From: Candidatus Fervidifonticultor sextus
GTDB taxonomy: Bacteria > Sysuimicrobiota > Sysuimicrobiia > Sysuimicrobiales > Humicultoraceae
DNA length: 15,049 nt
Direction: 5' to 3'
NCBI GenBank assembly: GCA_031459875.1
Contig: JAVKHQ010000051.1
Span: forward strand, 1 to 15,049
A program made the position numbers and the translations under genes. This document shows positions 5,875-15,049 of this stretch, in pieces. How positions within the stretch are numbered: the stretch's first letter is position 1; each line of letters starts with the position of its first letter. Below the pieces are notes generated by a model, which was given only the letters and a program-made list of their open reading frames with translations, did no database searches and had not been told where the DNA came from.

Positions 5875-7809
5875 TCAAACCACCAAATGCCTGCGCACCC
5901 ACTCATTCAGCACGTACAGCGCCCAGGGCCGGGACCAGCCCGTCCGACCGGCCAGGAAGTCGCGCCAGACCACCTGTACCTCCGCCGGGTCGAGCAGCGG
6001 CCGCAGCGGCTCGGGGATCGCCTCGATGCCCTCCTCCACCCTCCCCCTCAGCGAGCCGCGCAGCCACCGCTCCCACGGCAACGTGAACGTCCGCTTCCGG
6101 CCGCGGACGACGGCGGCGGGCAGGCGGTCACCCAGCGCCTCCAGCAGCAGGGCCTTGGGGCCGCGTCGCGGCCCCACGCGGCCGGCCCGCCAGGCGTCGG
6201 GCAGGGCGGCTACGAACTCTACCACCTCGCGGTCGATAAACGGCACCCGCACCTCGAGCGAGTGCGCCATGCTCATGGCGTCGGTATCGCGCAGCAGGGT
6301 GTTGACCAGGTAGGTGCCGAGCTCCAGCGTTGAAACCCGGCCGAACGAGCCCAGCCCGCGGGTCCGGGTCGCCAGATCGGTCAGGCGGTCGGCCCACGGG
6401 CCGACCGGCACGGAAGGTCCAGCGCCGTTGAGCAGCGCCAGCATCCGTCGCGGCGGGAAGAGCGCCCTCGCCACGGCGTAGGGGTGCGCTAGGTGGTCAG
6501 GGGCGGACAGCAGGTCGGCGACCTTCCCGCGCGCATCCGGACTGAGCGCGGGGAGCGCACGGGTAAGTCGCGCCGCCCACCCCGCCAGGACGGGAGCCCG
6601 GCGCGCCAGGGCTGCCAGGGCCTCCAATCGGGGGACTGCGGCGAAGGTGGTGTAGCCGCCGAACAACTCGTCGCCGCCCAGCCCCGACAGCGCCACCTTC
6701 AATCCGGCCTGCCGGGCCCCCCACGAGACGAAGTACGTGTTGATCCCGTCCATGCTGGGCTGGTCGAGCGCCGCCACCGCCTCGTCGATCCGCTGGAGCG
6801 CCTCCGGACCTGTGAGGACCACCTCGTGGTGGCGCGTGCCGAGCCGCCGGGCGGTTTCGCGCGCCAGGGCGGCTTCGTTCCTGTCGGCCTCTTCCGGGAA
6901 GGCCACCGTCACCGTGGAGATCGCGCCGTGGGCCCCGGCGGCTAGCGCGGCCACGCACGTGGAGTCCACGCCGCCGCTCAGGAAGACGCCCACGGGGACG
7001 TCGGCGACGAGGTGGAGGCCGACGGTTTCCGCAAGAAGGCGGCGGAGCGCCGCCACGGACTCGTCCCGGGCGGAGTCTGCCATGCCGTCACGAGCCGCGG
7101 GCGCGACCGGCAGGTGCCAGTAGGACTGCACCTCCAGCCGCAGCGCACCATCGTTCACCTGCGCCGTCAGCCGGTGGCCCGGAGGCAGCGACCGGACGCC
7201 GTCTACCAGGGTCAACGGCTCAGCCACAGACCCCCACAGCAGGTAGGCGGCCAGCCCCTCGGTTGAGAGCCGCGTCGGCACCAGGCCCGAAGCGAGCAGG
7301 GCCCGGACTTCTGAGGCGAACAGCAACCGCCCGCCGACCGCAGCGTAGTACAGGGGCTTGATGCCAAGAGGATCGCGCGCCAGGAGCAGTCTCGTCCCCT
7401 CGCCCTGGGGCCCGGTCTCGCGCGCGTCGGCGATGGCGAAGGCGAACATCCCCCGCAGCCGGCCCACGCAGCCGGCGCCCCATTCCTCGTAGGCGTGGAC
7501 GACCACCTCGGTGTCGGTCTGCGACCGGAAGACGTGCCCTCGACGCTCCAGGTCGGCCCCCAGGGCGCGGAAGTTGTAGACCTCGCCGTTGAACGTCACC
7601 CACACCCGGCCGTCCTCGTTCGGCATGGGCTGGCGGCCAGCCGACGAGAGGTCGAGAATGCTGAGACGGGTGCTGCCGAGCACCACGGTGGGCGCCGGGC
7701 TGTGGACGCCCCGATCGTCGGGCCCCCGGTGGCGCAGGCAGTCGACCATCCGCCAGACGGGCTCGGGAGCGAGTGGTGGGGGGCCATACCGCCCCGCGAT
7801 GCCGCACAT
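5875..7809 (-). CDS. asnB: Asparagine synthase (glutamine-hydrolysing)-family amidotransferase, polysaccharide-cluster type
   Basis: True start is MCGIAG (ATG 7809; Ntn nucleophile Cys2). HRGPD, RLSILDLS, GRQPM, FNGEVYNF, SQTDTEV, ARDPLGIKPLYY, FASE, LSGGVDS, LSGLGGDELFGGY and SMAHSLEVRVPF. 644 aa. Confidence 0.93.
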   Translation of the reverse strand: MCGIAGRYGPPPLAPEPVWRMVDCLRHRGPDDRGVHSPAPTVVLGSTRLSILDLSSAGRQPMPNEDGRVWVTFNGEVYNFRALGADLERRGHVFRSQTDTEVVVHAYEEWGAGCVGRLRGMFAFAIADARETGPQGEGTRLLLARDPLGIKPLYYAAVGGRLLFASEVRALLASGLVPTRLSTEGLAAYLLWGSVAEPLTLVDGVRSLPPGHRLTAQVNDGALRLEVQSYWHLPVAPAARDGMADSARDESVAALRRLLAETVGLHLVADVPVGVFLSGGVDSTCVAALAAGAHGAISTVTVAFPEEADRNEAALARETARRLGTRHHEVVLTGPEALQRIDEAVAALDQPSMDGINTYFVSWGARQAGLKVALSGLGGDELFGGYTTFAAVPRLEALAALARRAPVLAGWAARLTRALPALSPDARGKVADLLSAPDHLAHPYAVARALFPPRRMLALLNGAGPSVPVGPWADRLTDLATRTRGLGSFGRVSTLELGTYLVNTLLRDTDAMSMAHSLEVRVPFIDREVVEFVAALPDAWRAGRVGPRRGPKALLLEALGDRLPAAVVRGRKRTFTLPWERWLRGSLRGRVEEGIEAIPEPLRPLLDPAEVQVVWRDFLAGRTGWSRPWALYVLNEWVRRHLVV

Positions 7810-7835
7810 ATCAAAGGCGCGCGACTGACCCTCTT

Positions 7836-9014
7836 CTAGCGCGCCAAAGCCGTGTCGTGGTTCGACTGTTCCTGCAGCACTTCCAGGTAGATCTGCTCTT
7901 GCCGGGCCACAGGTTCGTCCCACGAGAGGTCGCGGCGCGCTTCGAGGGCTCCTGTGCGCAGCCGCGCCCGCAGGTGAGGGTCTTCGAGCAGTCGAGAGAG
8001 CCCTGAGCGAATCGCGTCCACGTGACAGGGCACGACGAGCCCCGCCCGGTCGGCGACCAGCGGGGCGATCCCACACCGGTCGGTGACGACTACCGGCACG
8101 CCGCAGACCACCGCCTCCGCCGCCGCGTTGCCGAAGTTCTCGCTGCGCGACGGCAGCACGACCACGTCGGCGTCGGCCAGGGCGGACCACTTGTCGGCGC
8201 CGAACCGGGGACCCATGAACCCTACGCGACCGTTTAGCCCCAGGCGGTCACGCAACCGATCGAGCTCTTGAAGGCACCCGTCGCCGTCGTCGGGGCCCAC
8301 GATGGCCAGAGCAGCTGCCGCGGGCACGCCGCCGAACGCCTCCAGCAGCAAGTCGAGTCCCTTCTTCTTTGAGATCCGCCCCAGGTACAGCACGAGCGGC
8401 TGATTCTGCCCGATCCCGGCGTCTCGCCGGAAGGCCCCTGGCGATGGGATCTCCTCAGGGCCGGGAGGCTCCACGCCGTTGCGCCGCACCACGACTTTGG
8501 CCGCCGGCACGCCGTCGGCTACGAGCTCCTCCCGCTCCAGTTCGCTGGTGGCGATGACGCGTGCCGCCCCGGCCACCACCGGCCAGCCCAGGAGGCGACG
8601 GTAGGCGCGCTTGAGACCGATGTTGCGCACGATAGGGCGGAACATGCCCAGGGACTCGAGCACATAAGGAACGCGCCACCGGCGGCAGAAGGCAGCGACG
8701 ACGGGGCCCAGGAGGTCGTAGGTGCCGTAGAGGTGCACGACATCGAACCCCCGCAGACGGCGCAGGCAGAAGCCGACGACGCCGGGATTCACCGTGATGG
8801 CGCGGTACCCGAAGACAGCAGGCAGGCCTACCACCTCGACGCCACCGCGCCGCTCACGGATCACCTGAACCTCCCGCGCAGCGGTTAACACGGTGACCAC
8901 GTGCCCGCGGCGCGCGAGATGGCGTGAAATGTCCGCCACTTTGGTCGCCTGGCCGCTCGCGGACGTCGCCAGATCGTACACCTGGGTCACGTTCAGGATC
9001 CGCAGCGCCTTCAC
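7836..9014 (-). CDS. Glycosyltransferase family 4
   Basis: YLGRISKKKGLDLL and PSRSENFGNAAAEA (ExxxxxxxE motif). GTG start overlaps the upstream stop (GTGA 9014-9011). Confidence 0.9.
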   Translation of the reverse strand: MKALRILNVTQVYDLATSASGQATKVADISRHLARRGHVVTVLTAAREVQVIRERRGGVEVVGLPAVFGYRAITVNPGVVGFCLRRLRGFDVVHLYGTYDLLGPVVAAFCRRWRVPYVLESLGMFRPIVRNIGLKRAYRRLLGWPVVAGAARVIATSELEREELVADGVPAAKVVVRRNGVEPPGPEEIPSPGAFRRDAGIGQNQPLVLYLGRISKKKGLDLLLEAFGGVPAAAALAIVGPDDGDGCLQELDRLRDRLGLNGRVGFMGPRFGADKWSALADADVVVLPSRSENFGNAAAEAVVCGVPVVVTDRCGIAPLVADRAGLVVPCHVDAIRSGLSRLLEDPHLRARLRTGALEARRDLSWDEPVARQEQIYLEVLQEQSNHDTALAR

Positions 9015-10174
9015 GCCTGTTGCCGCAACCGCTCGACCAGCCCGGCCAGCCTCTCGCGGAACCGCTCGTAGGAGAACTCCTCTTGCGCCAACCGCCTGCC
9101 CGCCTCGCCCAGGCGCCGCGCGAGGTCGGGATCACGGAGCAGCCTGACGATGGCCGCGGCCACTTCCTCCGGTGACTCAGGCTTCACCAGCAGGCCGGTC
9201 TCGCCGTCGCGCACGACTTCCGGGATGGCCCCGCCGTTTCCGGCGACGATCGGAAGGCCCGCGGCCGCGGCCTCCAGGAACACGAGGCCGAAGCCCTCAC
9301 CTGCCGCCCCGTGTCCGACCCGCGTGCGCGCAGGCAGCGCGAAGACCGCCGCCTGCGCGTAGGCCTCCGCCAAAGCGCGATCGTCGAGACGCCCGGCGAA
9401 CCGCACGCGGCCGTCGGGCACTAGCCGAGTGGCCTCGCGCTCCAGGCGCGGGCGGTCGGGGCCGTCGCCCACCACGACGAGCTGCGCTCCGGGAACCGAA
9501 TGCAGGACCAGGGGCCATGCGGCCAGCAGCGTGTCCACGCCCTTGTAGGCGTGCTCGGGAACCAGGCGGGCAACCGTCAGCACCCGGAGGAGCCCGTCAC
9601 CCGCGGCCAGCCCCTGCGCCACGCCTGTCTCGGCCAGGGGCAGGTCAGGTGGCAACGCGTGGGGCAGCACGACAAGGCGCCCGGGCGGGACTTGGTGCAT
9701 GCGCTCGAGCAGGCCGGCGGTAAACCGGCTGGGGGCGACCACCAGGTCGGCCCGCCGCAATGCCCCGCGCACCGCCGGCCGCACCGGCCGCCACACTTCT
9801 CGGCCGTGGCACCATACCGCCCACCGCGCTCCAGCAGCCCGCGCGGCCAGCCACGCGACGGGAGCCAAATGGGGGTGAGAGGCGACGATCACCAGCCGCC
9901 GACACCACGAGCGGGCCAGCCGCAGGGCGGCAAGCGCGAAACCCACCTTGACCGTCCAGGGAACCCTTCCCGCGTCCCTCGCCTCACGCCCGGTCCATAA
10001 GACCCGCCAGGGAGAGGCACCGTGCCTGCCCCACACGGAAAGTACACTCGTGTGCTCCGGACCGTACAGCTCGGACAACGTGCGTAACAGCGTCCTAGTG
10101 GCTCGTCCAACTCCGCCGTACTCCCAGACATCAGGTGCAAGGACTATGAAGTGGGTGGCAGCCTCTTGCATCAT
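9011..10174 (-). CDS. Glycosyltransferase family 4 (PimB-like)
   Basis: GGVGR, HGREVW, TVARL, YKGVD and EGFGLVFLEAAAAGLP, GGAIPEVV. Confidence 0.9.
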   Translation of the reverse strand: MMQEAATHFIVLAPDVWEYGGVGRATRTLLRTLSELYGPEHTSVLSVWGRHGASPWRVLWTGREARDAGRVPWTVKVGFALAALRLARSWCRRLVIVASHPHLAPVAWLAARAAGARWAVWCHGREVWRPVRPAVRGALRRADLVVAPSRFTAGLLERMHQVPPGRLVVLPHALPPDLPLAETGVAQGLAAGDGLLRVLTVARLVPEHAYKGVDTLLAAWPLVLHSVPGAQLVVVGDGPDRPRLEREATRLVPDGRVRFAGRLDDRALAEAYAQAAVFALPARTRVGHGAAGEGFGLVFLEAAAAGLPIVAGNGGAIPEVVRDGETGLLVKPESPEEVAAAIVRLLRDPDLARRLGEAGRRLAQEEFSYERFRERLAGLVERLRQQA

Positions 10175-10246
10175 GGGCCACAGCCCCGGGCTCTCCCCTC
10201 CGGCCGAGAGTTGCGATAAGCTGGACGGCGAGAATAGTCAAATCCC

Positions 10247-11833
10247 TCAGGGGGTGCTTCCCAGCGAAACTGACCGAGGTTGCCTCCTGCGCAGTGCTAG
10301 GCTTGACGGACCAACGAGCATCGTGCCAAGGAAAAAGACAAAAGCAGCACGATACAGCACTCCGGATATAGTCTGCGAAATTCCGCTCTCAATAAGGACA
10401 AGTCCACCCATCGTGTAGGCGGCAGTAGCTAGGCGCTCCCATCCGTAAGCGGGCGGGACGGACACTCGGTGTATGATTCCATAGACGCCTCCCAGTATCA
10501 CCATACCAATGACAACACCAATAACTCCCCAATTGACGTAGAGCTCAATGATGTGAGGCATGTTGTAAGATGTCGCAGTATCCCAAGGCTGTAGGAAACC
10601 GTACCGATGACCAAACGTTTGTCCTGTCACCTCCACGGGTTTCGACGGCCAAAGAAATCGTGGAACGAGCTTAGTGGCGAGCGGAAGCAACGTCTGTCCT
10701 CCCCAGTACGGGATCTGTGATGGCGTTAGCTCCAAAACATCTGCGAGAGTGGTCAAGTAGCCTAACCGGCTGGAGAGCCCATCGATAGCGATGTCGAGAT
10801 CCATGCTGCTCGTTGCGTCTATCGCTAACCCTATATAGGCTGCCCCCGCTGACCATGGGCTGGCTGGAGCAGTGCGGTCGCCTACCCACCAGGCCTCTCT
10901 AAACTGGAACTTCGCCGCCTGCACGGGGAGAAAGATCAACAGTCCCACAACCGCCAACTCCACGGGAATGCGCCGCCGCCGAACCGCGGCCAGCATCAGC
11001 AAGGGGATGAGGATCTGGTAGAATTGGGCGGGCGAGCCAGTTCCCAGGCCAAGGACAAACCGAGCACCTATTAGCATCACGAGCGCCAACAGAGCAAACG
11101 GGCGACGCCTGCCCGCATCCATAGCCGCAACGTAGCCCAAACAGGCCGCCAGGATCATTAGGCTCGAGACAAGCTCGACCACTTGTTGGAGCTCCGAGAC
11201 CAGCGTGATGCGTAGCTGAACCACGTAGGCGCTCGTCCCTGCCGCGCCAAGGAGTACAGTCATGGCAATGCTCCATACGCCCCGCGTGGAGGCATACAAT
11301 TGAGCCCTTTCTCCGCCGCGCATCAAGTAATAGCCCACATAGAACCCAGCAAGTCCGACAAGAACCAGGAGGAGCGCAGCGGTGATCGCAACCTCAGAAA
11401 TGACCGGGCTGGCGATGTACGCGGCTCGCGTAAACCGTTGCCTCAAGAATACCGGCAGGCCAAAGTAGAGCGCATACATCCCGCCAACCAGCGGCAGAAG
11501 AGGGACGTCTCTCCTCTCGGACCTTTCCCAACGGTAAGCAGGAAACAAGCCGGCCAAGACTACAGCGGATCCTAGAAGACGAACGGTTACGCTAGGAGCC
11601 GCGGGCGCATACCAGTTCAGGACCAACAGAAGCAGCATGAGGCCTCCAATCCAGGGTATCTCCCGGGATCGCCCGCCTCGACGCGCTGTCAGACCCCAGC
11701 CCCCAAGGATCGCCGCGATACTGACCAGTAGCAGGAAGGGCCAAAAAGGGATCTGTACGTGTCCGACAAGGGCGCCGGACAAACCCGCGGCTGCCAAGAA
11801 AACCGCCACTAAGGCTCGCTGACCACCCCTCAT
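10247..11833 (-). CDS. Polytopic membrane protein, probable Wzy-like polysaccharide polymerase
   Basis: 528 aa with roughly a dozen hydrophobic segments and a large late loop (VPRFLWPSKP ... ELYVNWGVIGV) of the kind seen in O-antigen polymerases. Sits among glycosyltransferase genes. Confidence 0.65.
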   Translation of the reverse strand: MRGGQRALVAVFLAAAGLSGALVGHVQIPFWPFLLLVSIAAILGGWGLTARRGGRSREIPWIGGLMLLLLVLNWYAPAAPSVTVRLLGSAVVLAGLFPAYRWERSERRDVPLLPLVGGMYALYFGLPVFLRQRFTRAAYIASPVISEVAITAALLLVLVGLAGFYVGYYLMRGGERAQLYASTRGVWSIAMTVLLGAAGTSAYVVQLRITLVSELQQVVELVSSLMILAACLGYVAAMDAGRRRPFALLALVMLIGARFVLGLGTGSPAQFYQILIPLLMLAAVRRRRIPVELAVVGLLIFLPVQAAKFQFREAWWVGDRTAPASPWSAGAAYIGLAIDATSSMDLDIAIDGLSSRLGYLTTLADVLELTPSQIPYWGGQTLLPLATKLVPRFLWPSKPVEVTGQTFGHRYGFLQPWDTATSYNMPHIIELYVNWGVIGVVIGMVILGGVYGIIHRVSVPPAYGWERLATAAYTMGGLVLIESGISQTISGVLYRAAFVFFLGTMLVGPSSLALRRRQPRSVSLGSTP

Positions 11834-11852
11834 ATTGGCACTCTACACGCTC

Positions 11853-12902
11853 TCAAGCCAGTATCTCTTCGGCGAGTGAGAGCAGTTCGTGCAACCTATC
11901 CGCATAGGTATGGCGACCATCGCGAACACGCCTGAGCCCTGCCAAAGCGATGCGCTGTCTCGCGCTCTCGTCTTTGAGTAGCCACTCGACTCGTGCAACC
12001 ATCTCTTCTACATCGTCAAAGAACACAGCCTCCCGGCCATCTTCAAACAGTTCAAGTTGCTCTTGCGTTCGTTCGGCAAGCATGCACCCACCGCAAGCTG
12101 GCACCTCGAACGTCCGCATGACGTGACCGTCCCGGTTGGCCCGCCTGACGAGGTTCAGGACAATACGCGCACCACTGACGGCAAGACGGAAGTCCCTGCC
12201 TACCGCGAAGCCTCGGTAAAAGCTCCGAAACAATCGACTTCTATCCCAGTAGCCACCGTACAGGGCCAACTTCAGGCGCGGCATGCGCCGCAGAATTTCC
12301 TCCACGAACAGAGCTCGCGTCTCGTCACATCCGCCGATGAAGGCCAGATCTGCGTCAAAGCGCGAGCCCTGACCACCATGTGCAGCTTCCGGGAAGTGCA
12401 GCTCAGGCTTATAGCCGAACCGCACAAAAGCAACGTGCCGCGCGCCCTTCGCAGTCAGATCCCCAAGGTTGGCTCGTCTTGGCGATGCGTAGAGATCGTA
12501 TATTGGAATGCTGGCCAGCAACGCAGGCGTCGAGTTGCGAAGATTAAATGGATCGTCCGTCGCGTAGTTGACAAATCTCGCCCGTGTCCGCGCCTTGATG
12601 CGCTCGAGAACCTTGGGGTCAATGTGCGCGCCCTTTACCACAATGACGATATCCGGACAAAAGTCAGTTGCCACCCGCTCCAGATATCTGCCGAACTGCG
12701 CCTGCCCCGGAAGCCGACGTGCAAGGCGCCAAGCGGCGCGCCCAACAAGATGCCCTTCCAAGCGCGAAAAGAAGGGGGCGTCGTCAACAAAGGCCCACGC
12801 GATGGGGAACCGGGCGGCCATTTGGCGGAGAGGCTCGACGAAGAACGGTGAGACGGGACTATACCGAGTTGTGTCGACGACTAGAATCCTACGCCAACGC
12901 AT
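11853..12902 (-). CDS. CgeB-like glycosyltransferase (Glyco_trans_1_2)
   Basis: NYATDDP, DLAFIG, IVLNLVRRANRDGHVMRTFEVPACGGCMLAERT and HTYADR. ATG 12902 chosen because the 12992 start would overlap the upstream gene. Confidence 0.85.
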   Translation of the reverse strand: MRWRRILVVDTTRYSPVSPFFVEPLRQMAARFPIAWAFVDDAPFFSRLEGHLVGRAAWRLARRLPGQAQFGRYLERVATDFCPDIVIVVKGAHIDPKVLERIKARTRARFVNYATDDPFNLRNSTPALLASIPIYDLYASPRRANLGDLTAKGARHVAFVRFGYKPELHFPEAAHGGQGSRFDADLAFIGGCDETRALFVEEILRRMPRLKLALYGGYWDRSRLFRSFYRGFAVGRDFRLAVSGARIVLNLVRRANRDGHVMRTFEVPACGGCMLAERTQEQLELFEDGREAVFFDDVEEMVARVEWLLKDESARQRIALAGLRRVRDGRHTYADRLHELLSLAEEILA

Positions 12903-12928
12903 AGGACTCGAACCGGAAGCACCGCAAG

Positions 12929-14074
12929 CTAGCGTCCGACTGAGATCACCTGCCGATAGGCTGCCAGGACCTGCTCGCCATAGCTTTCCCATCCTCGAAG
13001 CTTCCGAACACGCTGCAGGGCTGCCCTCCCCATTTCGTCGCGGACATCCCGGTGCTTACGGAGGTAGAGCACCCTGTCGCGGATTGCCTCCGGATCCCGA
13101 ATTGGAACGATGAAACCCTCCACGCCGTCGGTGAATAGGTTCTCGGCTCCTGAATTGGTTGTCGCGATGACGGGGAGACCGCAAGCCATCGCCTGCGCTT
13201 GAACCAGCCCGAACCCCTCCTCAATAGAGGCGATGACGAAGACCGACGCCTGACTGTAATATTTGTACAGGTTACTGCGGGGAATGATGCCGAAGTACCG
13301 GTAACGGCCTTCGTACCTAGCAAGGAAAGGCTTCACCTCCGGATCCAACCCCCCGATAAGCCACACCTCGAGCTTGGGGACATCGCGACCCGCAGTCGCA
13401 TCCAGGAGATAGGGAATCCCCTTTCGGAGGCTCATTGCGCCTACGTAGATCACCCGGAAGACATCGTCCTCCTTGGGAAGGGGGCGAAACAGGCTCAGAT
13501 CGACGCCGTAAGGAATCTTTACAAGCTTCGCCTCCGGCACGCCTTTCTCGACGAACGAGCGATACGCAAAGCTCGAGGGGACGAAGATCAAATCACACAA
13601 GTCATACTCCTGAAGCTCCCGCTCGACGAGCCGTCGATCGATCGGGTTATACTCAATCCCCCACCTCGCATACTCCTCTGCCAGGATTTCGTCCTGATAG
13701 AGAATATGGGCAGAGCCGCGGTCGCAGATCGTAAGGGCGCTATAGCGCTCTTTGGCGATTTGATGCGTTCCAATCCCGAAACCGGAAAGGCAGTGAAAGA
13801 CATCACACGGCTCAAGTCTATGAGACATCCAGTTGTCAAAGTTTTCGGTCGCCAGTCGGTTCCAGGACCTTTCGAACCACCGAAAGCCCCACTTCGAGGC
13901 AAGCATGCGCGTCGAGATGAGCCACGGCCACGACCTGACTCTTTCTCGCGGCACACCATCCACCTTCCACGGCGGAAACCCCGTGTATACAGTATGGAGG
14001 TGTCCGTGTCGCTCCAACTCCCGTGCGAGGTTAAAGGTCGTAAAGCGGCCGGGACTTCCGACGCAGACTTTCAT
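12929..14074 (-). CDS. Glycosyltransferase family 4
   Basis: IFVPSSFA, IPYGVD, YVGAMSLRKG and SIEEGFGLVQAQAMACGLPVI. ATG 14074 (MKVCVG) overlaps the methyltransferase stop (ATGA). Confidence 0.9.
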   Translation of the reverse strand: MKVCVGSPGRFTTFNLARELERHGHLHTVYTGFPPWKVDGVPRERVRSWPWLISTRMLASKWGFRWFERSWNRLATENFDNWMSHRLEPCDVFHCLSGFGIGTHQIAKERYSALTICDRGSAHILYQDEILAEEYARWGIEYNPIDRRLVERELQEYDLCDLIFVPSSFAYRSFVEKGVPEAKLVKIPYGVDLSLFRPLPKEDDVFRVIYVGAMSLRKGIPYLLDATAGRDVPKLEVWLIGGLDPEVKPFLARYEGRYRYFGIIPRSNLYKYYSQASVFVIASIEEGFGLVQAQAMACGLPVIATTNSGAENLFTDGVEGFIVPIRDPEAIRDRVLYLRKHRDVRDEMGRAALQRVRKLRGWESYGEQVLAAYRQVISVGR

Positions 14075-14646
14075 TGCTTCTGTCCGATGGCGATGAAGGA
14101 ATATGCGCACCGGCACATTACCCGTAACGGGAGTAGCGGCGTCAGAAGCTGCAGCCCCACATACCTGAACCAACGGCGCTTAGGAGATCGAGTGAGAAGA
14201 TATCCAAAGGCGTTATGGGGCAAGACCATGACCCGTTGGGCTCCCACCTCTCTCATCTCTGTGGCCAACAGTTCCGGGCTATAGTCAACTTCCGGTACGT
14301 TGTAACCGCCCCAGCCTTCCTGTTTCTGCTCTTCGCGGTATGGGTGTACCCCAGAGGGGACGACCGAGACAATGTAGCCACCCGATTTGCACAAGGCCAA
14401 CTTCCTGCGAAGGAACTCCCGGCGCTCGCTTTCCTTCAAGTAGTGCTCGATCACTCCCACATTGAATACCAGGTCATAACGGCTGACGCAGTCGGACAGA
14501 TCCTGCGTCATGAAGTCACCCTGGAGTAGTTCAATAGAGGGGAACCCATCATCAAAGGCCTTGACGGCTTCGATGAATCTCCTGGCTCGCGCAAGGACCT
14601 CGGGGGATACATCGATCCCGGTGCAACTGAACCCGTTCAAGGCTAG
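14071..14646 (-). pseudogene. Class I SAM-dependent methyltransferase, 5' part cut off by the IS
   Basis: LALNGFSCTGIDVS (motif II acidic residue), QGDF, YDLVFNVGVIEHY and KSGGYIV are present. The glycine-rich motif I expected just upstream is missing, and the sequence switches to IS end sequence at the CTAG. Confidence 0.8.
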
Positions 14647-15049
14647 GAGCGTGTCCGAGAAATCGCTCCCGGACAGGCGTTCAATGAGTTGAGGGCGAAT
14701 CTCTGTCCATGCCGACCAAAGAGTATCGTCCCTACAGCCCAGACCAACTGCTGCTTCTCCCGCCGTCGCTCCGGGAGTGGCTTCCCGAAGGGCACCTTGC
14801 GTATTTCATCGGCGACCTGGTGGATAGCTTCGATCTCAGCGCGATCGAGGCGGTGTATGAAGACGAACTGCGTGGCGGCCCGCCGTACCACCCGGCGATG
14901 CTGGTCAAGGTCTTGCTGTACGCGTACTCTCAGGGGGTGTACGCCTCGCGGCGCATCGCGCGGCGGCTCCAGGAGGACGTGGCCTTTCGCGTCCTGGCTG
15001 CGGGGAATGCCCCAGACTTTCGCACGATCAGCGACTTTCGCAAGCGCCA
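14647..15049 (+). mobile_element. IS1182-family insertion sequence, left part
   Basis: Abrupt end of methyltransferase coding at CTAG 14643-14646, followed by putative terminal IR GAGCGTGTCCGAGAAAT and a transposase start about 60 nt later. The right end is outside the window. Confidence 0.8.
14709..15049 (+). CDS. IS1182-family transposase, N-terminal DUF772 region (partial)
   Basis: Hand translation: MPTKEYRPYSPDQLLLLPPSLREWLPEGHLAYFIGDLVDSFDLSAIEAVYEDELRGGPPYHPAMLVKVLLYAYSQGVYASRRIARRLQEDVAFRVLAAGNAPDFRTISDFRKR. Q-LLPPSL, PPYHP-M-KVLLYAY, SRRI and PDFRTISDFRK are characteristic. No stop before the window end. Confidence 0.93.
   Translation, partial: MPTKEYRPYSPDQLLLLPPSLREWLPEGHLAYFIGDLVDSFDLSAIEAVYEDELRGGPPYHPAMLVKVLLYAYSQGVYASRRIARRLQEDVAFRVLAAGNAPDFRTISDFRKR

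Noticed and set aside
7810..8190. 127-aa N-terminal extension of AsnB in the 771-aa ORF call
   Set aside because: It overlaps the upstream GT in another frame, and Ntn amidotransferases need Cys at position 2, so the start is ATG 7809.
12057..14284. + strand ORFs 12057-12851 and 13199-14284
   Set aside because: Antisense to well-supported glycosyltransferases, with no recognisable motifs.
14643..14891. 82-aa minus-strand ORF
   Set aside because: Antisense to the transposase and IS end, and not in frame with the methyltransferase.
1..15049. CRISPR array, tRNA/rRNA, integron attC sites or an integrase explaining the repeated starts
   Set aside because: By eye I found no regularly spaced repeats, RNA gene signatures, attC-like structures or recombinase gene in this window.

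Overview
GC-rich bacterial surface-polysaccharide biosynthesis cluster, encoded on the minus strand and read right to left. Order: an IS-disrupted class I SAM methyltransferase, a GT4, a CgeB-like glycosyltransferase, a Wzy-like membrane protein, two more GT4s, an AsnB-type amidotransferase, an FkbM methyltransferase, a NodU/CmcH carbamoyltransferase, a WbuB/WcaI-like GT4 and a GDP-mannose 3,5-epimerase-like SDR. An IS1182-family element on the + strand starts at a CTAG (14643-14646) and runs off the window. The most unusual part is 4135-5850. The 5' end of the carbamoyltransferase gene (M[VI]ILG[ILV]NA) occurs three times: on the intact gene, as a 16-codon stub, and as the N-terminus of FkbM. 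These copies alternate with oppositely oriented toxin-antitoxin sequence: a yefM-yoeB pair with open frames but no canonical start codons, and a probable AbrB/PIN relic. All calls come from motif recognition by eye; no searches were run.
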